DNA of 64,000 nt from a virus. Taxonomy: Duplodnaviria > Caudoviricetes. How positions within the stretch are numbered: position 1 is the stretch's first letter; every line of letters begins with the position of its first letter. The notes under the pieces were generated by a model, which did no database searches, had not been told where the DNA came from, and was given only the letters and a program-made list of their open reading frames with translations. The DNA lies in IMG/VR virus record IMGVR_UViG_3300022591_000002; one strand, given 5' to 3'. A program made the position numbers and the translations under genes. Below, one piece after another: positions 50,101 through 56,769 of this stretch.

Positions 50101-52350
50101 AAATTGTACTCGATCTTTGACAATTAGGTCACTTGTAAAGAACACAAAATAACGACTACCTTCTGATACAAACCAATAGTCAATGCCTGCGTTATAAAAG
50201 ATATCGTTTACATAAACATCCATCTTGATATCAGTTGCATAGCCTGGATTATTAATTGCATTAACTTCAATATTGTTTGTTGCTTCTTCAATTACCTGGA
50301 ACTGAATAATAGGAATGTTAATCCATGGATTTTCTACCCATGTGTTTACATAAGATTCATTTGCAACAGAAATAAGACCTTCTGTATTAATTGTACCAGC
50401 CTTTCCTAAACTAGCTGATAGCGCAGTAATTCCATTAACCTTTAAGAAATTATTTTTAGTCCAAGTCTGTATAATCTTGTTTTCAGAAATAACATTAAAT
50501 GTGTCAGTATTAAAATAGTTAACAAACAAATAGTCGCCAACGTTCGATACGTTTAGATAAGAAAGAGGAAATCCTAATACTGTATCAGGTGTTCCATTGC
50601 CAATCTTATAACCAAATATTTTAGTACCTTGGAAAGTACTTCTGTAATATGCAATATCACTAAAACTAATACCAGATTCATCAAACACATCAAATAACGG
50701 TGCTTGATTTAACGTTGTTCTTTGCTGAGAGAAATTCCATTTTATTCCATCAAACCACCAATTGCATCCTGCATTTTCTGTACCGCGAATAATTGACGCA
50801 CTTGCACCAATAGTTGGAATATGGTCATCTGTAGGAATTAAAGAAATAACTTTATTTCCTTTGATAGTTACAAACGTAACTTGATAAACTCTACCTCTAA
50901 CAAGACTATCATCGTCTGCATTAAAAATTACTCGATAGCCTTCTTCTAATTGTTCACCATCAACATAATAACCAGATTGCCCTTCAACACTCTTAAATGC
51001 AGATCCTGTGATATTGTCAATTACGTCAACTGGCGTAAACAACAAAGAGCCATAATTGTACAATTGAATATTAGGATAAAATTCAAGGATAGGTCGTTTT
51101 GCTCTAGATTCGTAAGGGAATATTTCTACTGTACCGTTTGCTTTTGCGGCCGCAGAAATGATATCTTTATGGAACCAACGATTGTAACGTGACCAAGGAT
51201 TTGAATCTTGACTAGAACGATTAATTGTAATATATTCTGGTGTTAACGGAATATTTGTAAAGTCGTCAAACGGAAAACCATCAAACGGTTGAGCATCAAA
51301 GTTAACATCTAAGTTTGTTAAAGTTTGACCACCAACTGATAATGTAGCCCAATCTGTTAAAATAATTGCAACTCCAACTCCTTCTACTACCCATTCTTTA
51401 TTGTTGTAATATTCAGGAGTAACATTACCGTTGAATCTAATTTTCATACCGTTGGAGAATTCAACTCCGTTACCTGAACTGTATGTTTGCTTGCCGATAA
51501 TTTCGCTTTCTACATCTAACTGTGTATTTGAATCTAAACTTCTAATTAAAAACTGTCCAGCAATAGTGCTGTCATCACCGGCAACATAGTATAAGATATC
51601 AGGAGTATTATCATCAACAACAAGAACTATTTGCCCAGTTGAAATACCGTTATTACTGATTGTTCCAAGGAACTCGTCTTGTGATCCGCTACTAATTGCA
51701 GTCTTAATCCATACGTTGTGTACACTATTCACATTGAACACATAGGTCATTCCTCTGTATAATGTTAATAATGGGTCTGGAGTAATTCCATCAGGAGTGA
51801 ATACAAAAATTTGTTCTGTTGGGTCGTCTTGAAGAATATATGTACTAACTGTATCTAACTGAGGACCTGTAATTTCAATTGCATCAGGCCCGTTAGGTAA
51901 CCAATAGTATTCAATATAATTTAAAAACTTGTCTAGGTCAATCTGTGGATCGTATGAATATGTTATACTCTTAAACAATCTATCGTGGTCTTTAATATTA
52001 CCTTTTTCAAAGGCAATTTGATTTAATAGGTCATCGTATGAAACAACTTTCTTAACGTTCTGATCTGCATCTCTTAATACTAATGCAGGCTGTAATTGAT
52101 AATCGCCCTCTAACTGATTAGCGGCCGGAATGTAATTATCAGTTTCAGGATTGTAGTTTGGACTTAGTGTACTACCAATATATCCGCTGATACGTTCTAT
52201 AACGGGCGGTTGGATTAACTGGTCAATTGTGCTAGATAAAAACTTTGTGTTCTTATCTGTTCGTAGGTATGTAGGTAATAGATCTACAGTTCTACGACTT
52301 GGAGCAGGATTGCCGGTATCAACTACATTTATGATTGAATTATTTGCCAC
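38191..52350 (-). CDS. Giant (4719 aa) baseplate wedge / tail structural protein
   Basis: Uninterrupted 14.2-kb ORF next to the gp6-like gene; contains propeller-like FG/GAP repeats, NxGSGY repeats and two W...Y..G..V...G.YY modules. Confidence 0.85.
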   Translation of the reverse strand: MANNSIINVVDTGNPAPSRRTVDLLPTYLRTDKNTKFLSSTIDQLIQPPVIERISGYIGSTLSPNYNPETDNYIPAANQLEGDYQLQPALVLRDADQNVKKVVSYDDLLNQIAFEKGNIKDHDRLFKSITYSYDPQIDLDKFLNYIEYYWLPNGPDAIEITGPQLDTVSTYILQDDPTEQIFVFTPDGITPDPLLTLYRGMTYVFNVNSVHNVWIKTAISSGSQDEFLGTISNNGISTGQIVLVVDDNTPDILYYVAGDDSTIAGQFLIRSLDSNTQLDVESEIIGKQTYSSGNGVEFSNGMKIRFNGNVTPEYYNNKEWVVEGVGVAIILTDWATLSVGGQTLTNLDVNFDAQPFDGFPFDDFTNIPLTPEYITINRSSQDSNPWSRYNRWFHKDIISAAAKANGTVEIFPYESRAKRPILEFYPNIQLYNYGSLLFTPVDVIDNITGSAFKSVEGQSGYYVDGEQLEEGYRVIFNADDDSLVRGRVYQVTFVTIKGNKVISLIPTDDHIPTIGASASIIRGTENAGCNWWFDGIKWNFSQQRTTLNQAPLFDVFDESGISFSDIAYYRSTFQGTKIFGYKIGNGTPDTVLGFPLSYLNVSNVGDYLFVNYFNTDTFNVISENKIIQTWTKNNFLKVNGITALSASLGKAGTINTEGLISVANESYVNTWVENPWINIPIIQFQVIEEATNNIEVNAINNPGYATDIKMDVYVNDIFYNAGIDYWFVSEGSRYFVFFTSDLIVKDRVQFNIYTKSPPNGNGFFDLTLSATNNPLNGPISEFTLAEITHSLKDISVGQPIDLVGNFPGDSNLRDLGPVAQYGTRLISHGTPLCFAQFFIGNKEHSVIDAVKKVADHYQQFKLAFVKRVTELQGNYSPEEAVDTVMLGLTTGKNSSFAYGYSDMVAFGTDAITRTYTVTDNRITTYSLIEKYDNTVLSDRCVLVYLNGTQLIVDRDYTFDQITPVVHISATLKNGDTIVVKDYGDTAGSYVPPTPTKLGLYPAYMPTIYVDDTYIEPTKVIQGHDGSITVAYNDYRDNVILELETRIYNNLKVHYNKELLDINKILPGAFRNNLYGPFDVNNILIPEFLKWAGFFGIDYQTNETFNSLDPKTWNYGNHAAQDLVTGLPLPGHWRAVYKWYFDTDRPHTHPWEMLGFTIKPTWWDTQYGPYPYTRGNLLLWQDLSEGRIRQGDRAGIDPLYVRPKLLDIIPVDEQGNLLTLDVVNILGNINGALLDSQWTFGDQGPAETAWRKSSLWPFALQVLLALTQPAIYSAYMFDPSRMIKNKAGQYRYTTKLVTANSQATQLVKEDVQKFLDISQLLLWNQTDINGNRIRASGYSVLLIEANNQRTYGYATQLQKELSNIDYNLFAKMGGFISKEKMRIIIDAVDPTSTNPGVLLPQEDYAIYFNQSNPSNTFAASGIIVQKGTDGYTIRGYDKHRPYFRIYKPIRTNVDPVINVGGVSVAYVTWTAGKFYQKGQYVSHAGGYYITTLPHTAGQSFGSSQYFQQLPTLPSQGGVTVYGASSFDTDVTLIPYGTTFPTVQAIFDIIVGYGEWLTEQGFVFDEVQPDLNEVMDWTFSGREFLYWTTQNWQPNSIITLSPFADKVKFKMTSGVVDDLENPYYEYNLYKTDGGPFPQHNYTISRQDSYFIIQTINTTEGIFFTQFSTVQKEHAIIMSNISLFGDIIYQIETGYRQQRINVNGFRTANWTGDFFSPGFVYDNAEIQTWAQYTDYQAGDIVRYNGKYYGTNKLIPGTASFNFASWSLLPGKPVPKLYPNFDYKINQFEDFYSLDIDNFDAGQEKMAQHLTGYTPRIYLDNIFNDPIAQYKFYQGYIKEKGTKNAIDKLAKASIHNLKGQVTYNETWALRVGTYGGLNTKRELEVSLSDSKFFENPQLIEFIDQVPTVANDLIYYKTPYDLLVKPDDYTSDSVFATTTATYNSNSIKMPTAGFVHYDDVKATVYNKNSILDIANPAQLSEGDVLWLGFKEDGDWDVLRYTQIDAKAVSAELLTGAPNQFSFTTDMQHGLKVGDIVSVTRFSTGLDAIYIVVGVPSPFTFLVNTTLTNIPASSETMVGLLFQFTSARLDKFDDIRYNPVLEKSSAGNKVWVNDQYGKWAVFEKVDNFTSNALTSGISSEGARYGSTIYASSDNNTLLVSAPGYVNSTLGQGANTGGGRVYYYTQELVRNVDNEIVTALSSITSWELNDSSVIYSDSAICGNFGAKVLHQPDDGLFIVSAPNASNLKLSTSSTQHVAYGVNNVTGNRLDNCGLVKISNINTLTTFQNTLHVIGSPDAQAGSLFGQDMAIQQQAGSKFLLIGAPGEANGRVYQYTLSDVTATNVNITATNVSALYITTSTSNAQFGYSISDFGTTTGTSSVSYVAVGAPGAGEIIIYTLTNTTLHLTQVITYASLGLDQSYGLGVKVVMSNDAKFLFTSLPSYQEGITKGAVVVSTLTSAGYVVNQVIQSPNQISGLTFGYDFAVSPTNNNTLVITAFGNAYTRTTTFDKYSARINSTSATPYTLDPASGMRTNIPSWDSGATTFVSGITNSGSAYVYNQYNNYFAYGQQIESAQVASSSSFGNNATITKDKVLVGAPTSKINGVGTGQLVVFTGKDGTTETWKLSRTENDLVDLNKVNRVITIDDFNEEIVDYLEFIDPIKGNIPGQADQELRFKSLFDPAVYSIGVTGVVVDTNTNWIDEHVGELWWDLSSVKYMWYEQGDYEYRRNNWGGVFPGSTFDVYEWVASEYLPSQWSALADTPEGLALGVSGQPKFGDNSVMSVKQVYNSVSSSFTNIYYFWVKNKTVIPASTNRRISAYEVASIISNPQAQGLRYATIVGPSAIALVNYKNSLVSENIHLAIEMDSISNPTAIHTEWLLVEEGNPESMPNSMLEQKMIDSILGHDTLGNAVPDPSLPKRLQYGIGIRPRQSMFVDRFEAMRNIFEYANTVLAKTLINGVRKFDNLNAMEEIPATNLGLYDTTVPDIATLNFTITKFFVQAVVEVVPNTNGGIDTVNILNAGYGYNPNNAPYIEITGDGTGAVIRTMIDSQGRIFNFDIINPGSGYTTATANIRPYTIAVQTDSNSNGRWSIYQWNARRQEWSKTKTQTFNTTYYWNYVNWYDPSYNALQPPITTVDSTYELDIVQDLPAGNYVKVRNGGDGRYLILRRTAPGNLVGTFDANWDLMVSENGTIQITSNLWNTVNSVYAFDEISSFDQTEFDQTPDAELFYILEALRKDLFISDLKVNWNTLFFKAVKYAFSEQKNLDWAFKTTFISVTNHAGQLDQRPTYKLQDSSYYESYINEVKPYHTKIRNFTVNYTATEYSSTLVTDFDLPSYWDQNQKRFRTVGFGNGELLVAPWNNWFKNYAYHVGEILVTNGGSGYQFAPAVQIIPAPGDLGSGATADAYISNGAVYKIIVTNPGSGYASTPTVVITGGGGPKVVTATAYAQLANNKVRSTAVTLKFDRVGFGREIGSKYFTDKFTADGSAYRFPLTWVPSHDKGLITLTINGVLQLADSFSIITSEKPFVTNTGSSYVMYSPTGRTTTYEQADTSYNKKFAILQLNAVPTIQTKIEITYPKDVSLFTAVDRIQDYYAPMSGMPGANQLGQLMVGFDYPAVKVDTLPYSFSGGFGVLPYWTTSWDNYAPSENYAVVLNPQNTTNNDASLLLTERSAAQSQRDSLTSQIAYITNTLGSVPEFITVSTGLGVQQVPNPYYSTLISQLGDVETQLSFVNGEIASLTSQINYLTNGNVAVITPFKISTGTTINTYLNGIRIDNTATGAVTLPLHGTGTYGTVYIPHNLFLPTTTVTNFVSKTGTGPFAVTLGIFTQTSAPVLGNWIVAGNSNDLYNGTYVATTASTTTVTLSYTSDPGNFGIGITTISTSNNIVVFRSSTDDGTLVPTDEESLDTLMSGGNFDQGVILGIGASEIVIDGDSFLSANASHAPEEMIPGEIQESVAISVFSVNTTTNNTQFLSAPVIKNYKYQLDGQTQSFNMGNIANTSSLIVVAGNKPLHFGVDYVLDITNNNLGLLAPLPGPDFLSISSFDVGGVNVLDKQVVFSAARTINVLSPVAYKDIGSVYVTVNGIPVPKFTGAGNQTYGYTLSKAVGRENEENPRGYLNIIKPGVIEGINNAALNKTQVWYFDAPFKASGEVYTQVIPRAQGIQFNLEQPPGVAGPYSSQVIVELNGRRLIPPSTIYYIVGDNLKAFQLKGTGTIAQFTTATSTGTIIAYPPGNTNAYPPGSTIEWTIIDAQGYSLNQDINYTKGQIDNSIFEVWLNGEKLEQTPLNYFLNSAQGIVEFPEGRLQKGDALAFVIFDNYEYQISNNKLLLQNLTRTPNDNIRITSFTNHDGDFIRKEKFKGNVQNTYQIQRPVFDTAYIWVEYNQKSLIADIDYTVASDGVTITIRPSFYTGTNDTVVITSMSQNAFIGSMTYRMFTDILGRTSIKRIGDKATTALANPLLITDSTILVENGSVLSDPNPAKNLPGIIYVAGERIEYFTKFGNVLGQLTRGTMGTGARSGYPSGTKVIDQGPGVNVPVAERTITQTFMSTNTNTTFVLNPSDTSADKMINFNSLANPWDQVDVFYGGRRLLKPTTNTVVVFNPVAYDSNQQDSSGNLSSVVIMPEFTITNSLTTPTVQLNIDVQPGLELVVRQRVGQSMFKLSEFADPAHASQIVLRPGQEFTESVRGFLSQDTAQLPDDNYFGGDAVIILETEAVLQDENGNPIEGD

Positions 52351-52352
52351 TT

Positions 52353-55300
52353 TTAAGTTCCAATAGTATTAACTACAATACTTGCGGTAGTATTGATTTG
52401 CGAAGCAGTTAGAGAACTAATTACTTCAATATCTTTAATTGTTGCGCCACTTACAAAAATTTCGTTTGACTGGCATGCAATTTCAAACAAACTACCAAAG
52501 ACGATATTTGTCTTTGGTACTAACACAAAGTTAGTAATATCTGGTGTTAGTGTATTAATAACATAAGTTGCTAACTCACCAAAGTTAAATGTTTGACCAA
52601 AGTCCCAGTTCTCAACAGCAAAGAAATCGTTGATTGCTTGTAAAATACTTGTGCTAATTTGATTTGAGCTCAATGTACTTGATGGACTTTGTACAGCCTT
52701 GAAGGTTGCTTGGAGCTGAGCAGGAGCTGAGCTACCAAATAAAACTTTATAATTTGCATGATGATAAACGATTGTATCGCTTACACTCTTGATAGGTTCT
52801 AACAAACCACTGTACTGTTCTTCTAACGCATTACTTGTTGGTGGAAGAGGTGCGGCACTTGTTGAACCAGATGTTAACCAATTTCTATATAGTGCATCAT
52901 ACGCAGATGACAGGACATACACATCAATGATGTTTGTCTTACTTGGATCTAAACGGCGTTCTTCTCCAGCATTGTGTTGATACTGGAATTTTAAATTGCC
53001 ACGTCCTGGTCTTCCAAAGTAACGAGGAGCAAGTACGTATGTATACGAGTAAGTGTTGTTGGCTAGTTCAGTTACTGTTGCTACAGATTTTACAACATTT
53101 GCTGAGTAAAAATAAACTAATTGTCCTACATCATACATCATATCGCTAGGCACTGAACTTTCGTCAGGATATGCAACAAAGTTTGATGGATCAACAGACT
53201 GATAACGCAAGCCATCTGATAATGTTTCAAAATAAACAAAGTTACACAGATAACCTGTTTGCGGACTTACTGTATAAGGGCTTGTAATTTCAATAAATGC
53301 ATCTGGATTATCTATTGCACCATCATTAGTTGCATCATAGAAACTTACTTTGACTTTTTTAGGTTCAACATAGCCATCTGGTTCTGTTACTGCGCTGTCA
53401 ATTTGCCAGTTGTAGTCTTGGCCAAGATGTTCTACTGTAGACATAGGAATGATTGACTGTGCGGGATTTGAAATGTGTACTGCCGATTGTAATGTAACAT
53501 TTGTTCCTGAATTAATAATGTGGATAGCGGTTAAGCTACCATTAGAAATTTCTGTATAGAATTTTCCATTTCCACTGTCTGGAACAGATATAGTTGGGTT
53601 TGATGTATATCCAGTACCTGGATTTGTAATAGTAAACGAAAGTATATTTCCAGGACCAACGGCCGTGATAGATAAACCTGCTTTGCCATCGCCTGTAGCA
53701 ATATTCACAAAGTCTCCAACTTTATATCCTGTACCCGGAGCACGTACTACGGCAGATGCAACTGCACCGGCAGGTACATTAATGTCAACTGTTAATCCGG
53801 ATCCGGATCCGCCAGTAGTAGCAACACTGTTATTAGATGTATAACCGGAGCCACCGAATGTAAGAATAATTCCTGTTACTGGACCAACTGTTGCTCCAAT
53901 TACTGCTTGAGCAGATTGATACGATGCCGGAGCCCAGTTTACTCCAAGTACTCTAACTGTGTCTTTGACCACACGGTTGTTTACATAATCATAATTTTGT
54001 TTTGTGGAATCAATATAGAAGCCAGTTTCGTTTGCGCTTTCAAATAGATAATCTAATATTCTATAGTAGACGTTATAGCTGTTGCCAGTCCACTGGAATG
54101 CTACCATCCAACTAGCATCTTTATTTGCGTTGGTTGTATCGCCTTGATATATTAAATCATATGGGCTCTTAAGATCTAAGTTAGTATCAACAATAATAAA
54201 CCATTGACGTGTGATGCGATCAAAACTTAAACCAAAGTTTCTATTAATAACACCTAGGTTAACAATTTGATTTTCTAATGCATAACTCCAAGTGGTAATA
54301 AAAGCAGGAATAACTTCGTCTGGAATTGCAGTTGAAGGAACATAGCCGGTTAAAGTAATTGGGCCTGTACCATCATTTAGTGTACCCTTGCCGCTGTTGC
54401 CACCGTCACCTACAATTTGCACAGCCTTGACCCACATGTAATCAGTTGTAGTATCGTCTTTAACTGTTGTAAGTTTTCCTGTAGGCAAGAAATATTGACC
54501 TAATGGAGGTACAAATTTAATTAATGCGCCGGCAGTTACATACTGCATATTGTCAGAACTAAAATATCCTGTTTCAATTGCATTACCGTATTTGTTTTTA
54601 AAGTAACCCTTTGTTTGATTTGTTGCGCTGTTAACTGCTACCCATGTTAACGACAAATTAAGCAAAGTAGGTCTTGGATAATTTGCCATGTAGAAGTTTT
54701 TAAAACTTGCGCTTTGAACAATAGGTTCTATTTTATTTTTTAATGTACCAAAGAAATCATTTCTAGATGTAAATTTAAAATTAAGAGTTTGTTGACTTTG
54801 CTCTTTATAAAGAATACCGTCATCGCAGAATATATTTGTACTTGAGTACTTGCCTGTAATGTCGTTTAATTCAAAGTATTTTGAAATGCCGCTACTTGCA
54901 CGATTGATACTTTTTACTTTTAAAATGTCTGTGCCAACAGTTAGAGGACCAATTTGATAGTCTTCTGCTGTAACCATGCGATTTTGTAGATAGTATGTTT
55001 GCGGTGCTTTCTGTTTAATAGATGCAATAGATTCTGAACCTGAACTATTTGTTACAGTATATTGTAAAGTCAATACAATCTTAAGTGTGTTTAGTTGTCC
55101 GCTTTTATTGTAGTAAGGTATCTGTACAGTGATACCACTCATTTGCTCAGGAGTGATTGAGTAGGTCAATCCGTTACTTTGACGATAGAATAAACGGAAA
55201 TTACCTTTAGGTAAGTTACCAAAGCTACCGTCAGCAAAGTTTAAATCAATTTGATCTTGATCACGTGTTGTGACAGCATAGACATTTCTATCATCTTTAC

Positions 55301-56264
55301 CTATACTGTTATAGATAACGTTATTGCCAACTGTAGAATTAACTTTACTCCACAGAGTTTGATATTTTCTGCCACTGCCATCCTGCCATAGCCACACATC
55401 AGTGTCGTTAATATTAGCCGCATTGATACCAACTAGCTCGTCGGCAACTGGATTAGTAATTACAAAGTCGGAATAGTTTAAACTACCTTGACGGAAGTGT
55501 ACAAAGAAACCAGTGTTTGCAGATCCTGCACCCTGATTATCATTTTGAAAGATCAAGCTAAATGTATTTCCGGCTAGAGGAGCATCTTCATATACATAAG
55601 TCTTGCCTGAAAATAAAGATCCTACAAGTTCAAAAGGCATATTAGTACCGTTGATTGACTGTTGGAATCCGTATACAGGTACATCTGTATTTGCTGTGTT
55701 TAATCTATACTGCTCTGTTGGAATACCACCAATAGTAGCTTTGTCATAGGGCTGGCCAAATGTAAATGATCCAGGCATTGCTGAATTCATAATGCTAACA
55801 AATTGTTGATACCAGTTGGTATTTGTTGGGTCGTTCCATCCAACTACTGTGTTTGCTAGATTAACACCGTTAGCATCAATAACGTTGTCTGTTGTTGTTA
55901 GGGCTGTAATTTTTAAGAACCCGCTTGCAGGTGTGTTACGCTTAGGATTGTAACTGATCAACTGCGCCAGACGTAGTACGCTATCACGTCTTGTAGCTGT
56001 TTCTAAAAAGTTCTCACGGGCATTTAAGTCGATACGAAAACTTAGGTTTTGACCCAAATAAGCAATGAGGTCTACTAGGGCAATATACTCACTGCTGTCA
56101 ATATAATCGTTGAAATCCTCTGGATAATTTTCACGGAGGTATTGAATCATTACACGGCGTAGCGTGTCAAAATCGTATGATGTAAAGTCGGAGTTTTGGA
56201 ATGATTGGTAAATCTTTTTCCAATCTTCTGCTACTAGTAATTTAGAATTCGTTGATGGTATCAT
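52353..56264 (-). CDS. Baseplate wedge protein (T4 gp6-like)
   Basis: N-terminal SYDFDTLR..MI.YL....PEDFNDY..SSE..ALVDLIAY...RENFLETA..R.SVLRLA..ISY.PKR; RMVTAEDY. Confidence 0.85.
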   Translation of the reverse strand: MIPSTNSKLLVAEDWKKIYQSFQNSDFTSYDFDTLRRVMIQYLRENYPEDFNDYIDSSEYIALVDLIAYLGQNLSFRIDLNARENFLETATRRDSVLRLAQLISYNPKRNTPASGFLKITALTTTDNVIDANGVNLANTVVGWNDPTNTNWYQQFVSIMNSAMPGSFTFGQPYDKATIGGIPTEQYRLNTANTDVPVYGFQQSINGTNMPFELVGSLFSGKTYVYEDAPLAGNTFSLIFQNDNQGAGSANTGFFVHFRQGSLNYSDFVITNPVADELVGINAANINDTDVWLWQDGSGRKYQTLWSKVNSTVGNNVIYNSIGKDDRNVYAVTTRDQDQIDLNFADGSFGNLPKGNFRLFYRQSNGLTYSITPEQMSGITVQIPYYNKSGQLNTLKIVLTLQYTVTNSSGSESIASIKQKAPQTYYLQNRMVTAEDYQIGPLTVGTDILKVKSINRASSGISKYFELNDITGKYSSTNIFCDDGILYKEQSQQTLNFKFTSRNDFFGTLKNKIEPIVQSASFKNFYMANYPRPTLLNLSLTWVAVNSATNQTKGYFKNKYGNAIETGYFSSDNMQYVTAGALIKFVPPLGQYFLPTGKLTTVKDDTTTDYMWVKAVQIVGDGGNSGKGTLNDGTGPITLTGYVPSTAIPDEVIPAFITTWSYALENQIVNLGVINRNFGLSFDRITRQWFIIVDTNLDLKSPYDLIYQGDTTNANKDASWMVAFQWTGNSYNVYYRILDYLFESANETGFYIDSTKQNYDYVNNRVVKDTVRVLGVNWAPASYQSAQAVIGATVGPVTGIILTFGGSGYTSNNSVATTGGSGSGLTVDINVPAGAVASAVVRAPGTGYKVGDFVNIATGDGKAGLSITAVGPGNILSFTITNPGTGYTSNPTISVPDSGNGKFYTEISNGSLTAIHIINSGTNVTLQSAVHISNPAQSIIPMSTVEHLGQDYNWQIDSAVTEPDGYVEPKKVKVSFYDATNDGAIDNPDAFIEITSPYTVSPQTGYLCNFVYFETLSDGLRYQSVDPSNFVAYPDESSVPSDMMYDVGQLVYFYSANVVKSVATVTELANNTYSYTYVLAPRYFGRPGRGNLKFQYQHNAGEERRLDPSKTNIIDVYVLSSAYDALYRNWLTSGSTSAAPLPPTSNALEEQYSGLLEPIKSVSDTIVYHHANYKVLFGSSAPAQLQATFKAVQSPSSTLSSNQISTSILQAINDFFAVENWDFGQTFNFGELATYVINTLTPDITNFVLVPKTNIVFGSLFEIACQSNEIFVSGATIKDIEVISSLTASQINTTASIVVNTIGT

Positions 56265-56288
56265 ATATGTTATCTGCCCTAGATAACA

Positions 56289-56295
56289 TATTTAT
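56289..56295 (-). promoter_or_regulatory. T4-like late promoter motif
   Basis: ATAAATA on the minus strand in the 52-nt gap upstream of the gp6-like gene. Confidence 0.5.
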
Positions 56296-56316
56296 GAAAA
56301 AAATTAAGTGCGCGGA

Positions 56317-56757
56317 TTATTGTTGTTGAATTAAACCAACTTCTTTATCAAAGGCCAGTTTAAGAATATCTGTTTGGTTTGTGCCAACGTACTGAAGTGT
56401 TGATTCTAGCAGTAAACCGTAAGGTTGTTCTAGTAAATTGATGGAAATAGGAGTAACTCTTGGATCAAAATTTAAAATACGAGTGACATCTTTTACCACA
56501 AGTTCTTTCAGTTGATCGGTTAACGGATCATAGATTATATCCCAAATTACAGTACCAAAGTCTGGGTGCATTACCCTTTCTCCCTGGCGTGTTTGAAACA
56601 TATTAAGTATGTCTTGTTTAATTAAATCATAGTCATATAGCTTAGGATTAATCTTAGAATCGTCTATCGTACTAAAGCCTTTATAGAACTGTGATGTCTG
56701 ATTTGACACAACAGGACTGTAATTTGTAGGCTGGATGACTATATTTTTGTATGGCAT
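56317..56757 (-). CDS. Baseplate wedge subunit (gp25-like)
   Basis: LIKQDILNMFQTRQGERVMHPDFGT..WD..YDP...DPRV. Confidence 0.88.
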   Translation of the reverse strand: MPYKNIVIQPTNYSPVVSNQTSQFYKGFSTIDDSKINPKLYDYDLIKQDILNMFQTRQGERVMHPDFGTVIWDIIYDPLTDQLKELVVKDVTRILNFDPRVTPISINLLEQPYGLLLESTLQYVGTNQTDILKLAFDKEVGLIQQQ

Positions 56758-56762
56758 GATTG

Positions 56763-56769
56763 TATTTAT
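56763..56769 (-). promoter_or_regulatory. T4-like late promoter motif
   Basis: ATAAATA on the minus strand overlapping the upstream stop, 5 nt before ATG 56757. Confidence 0.5.
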
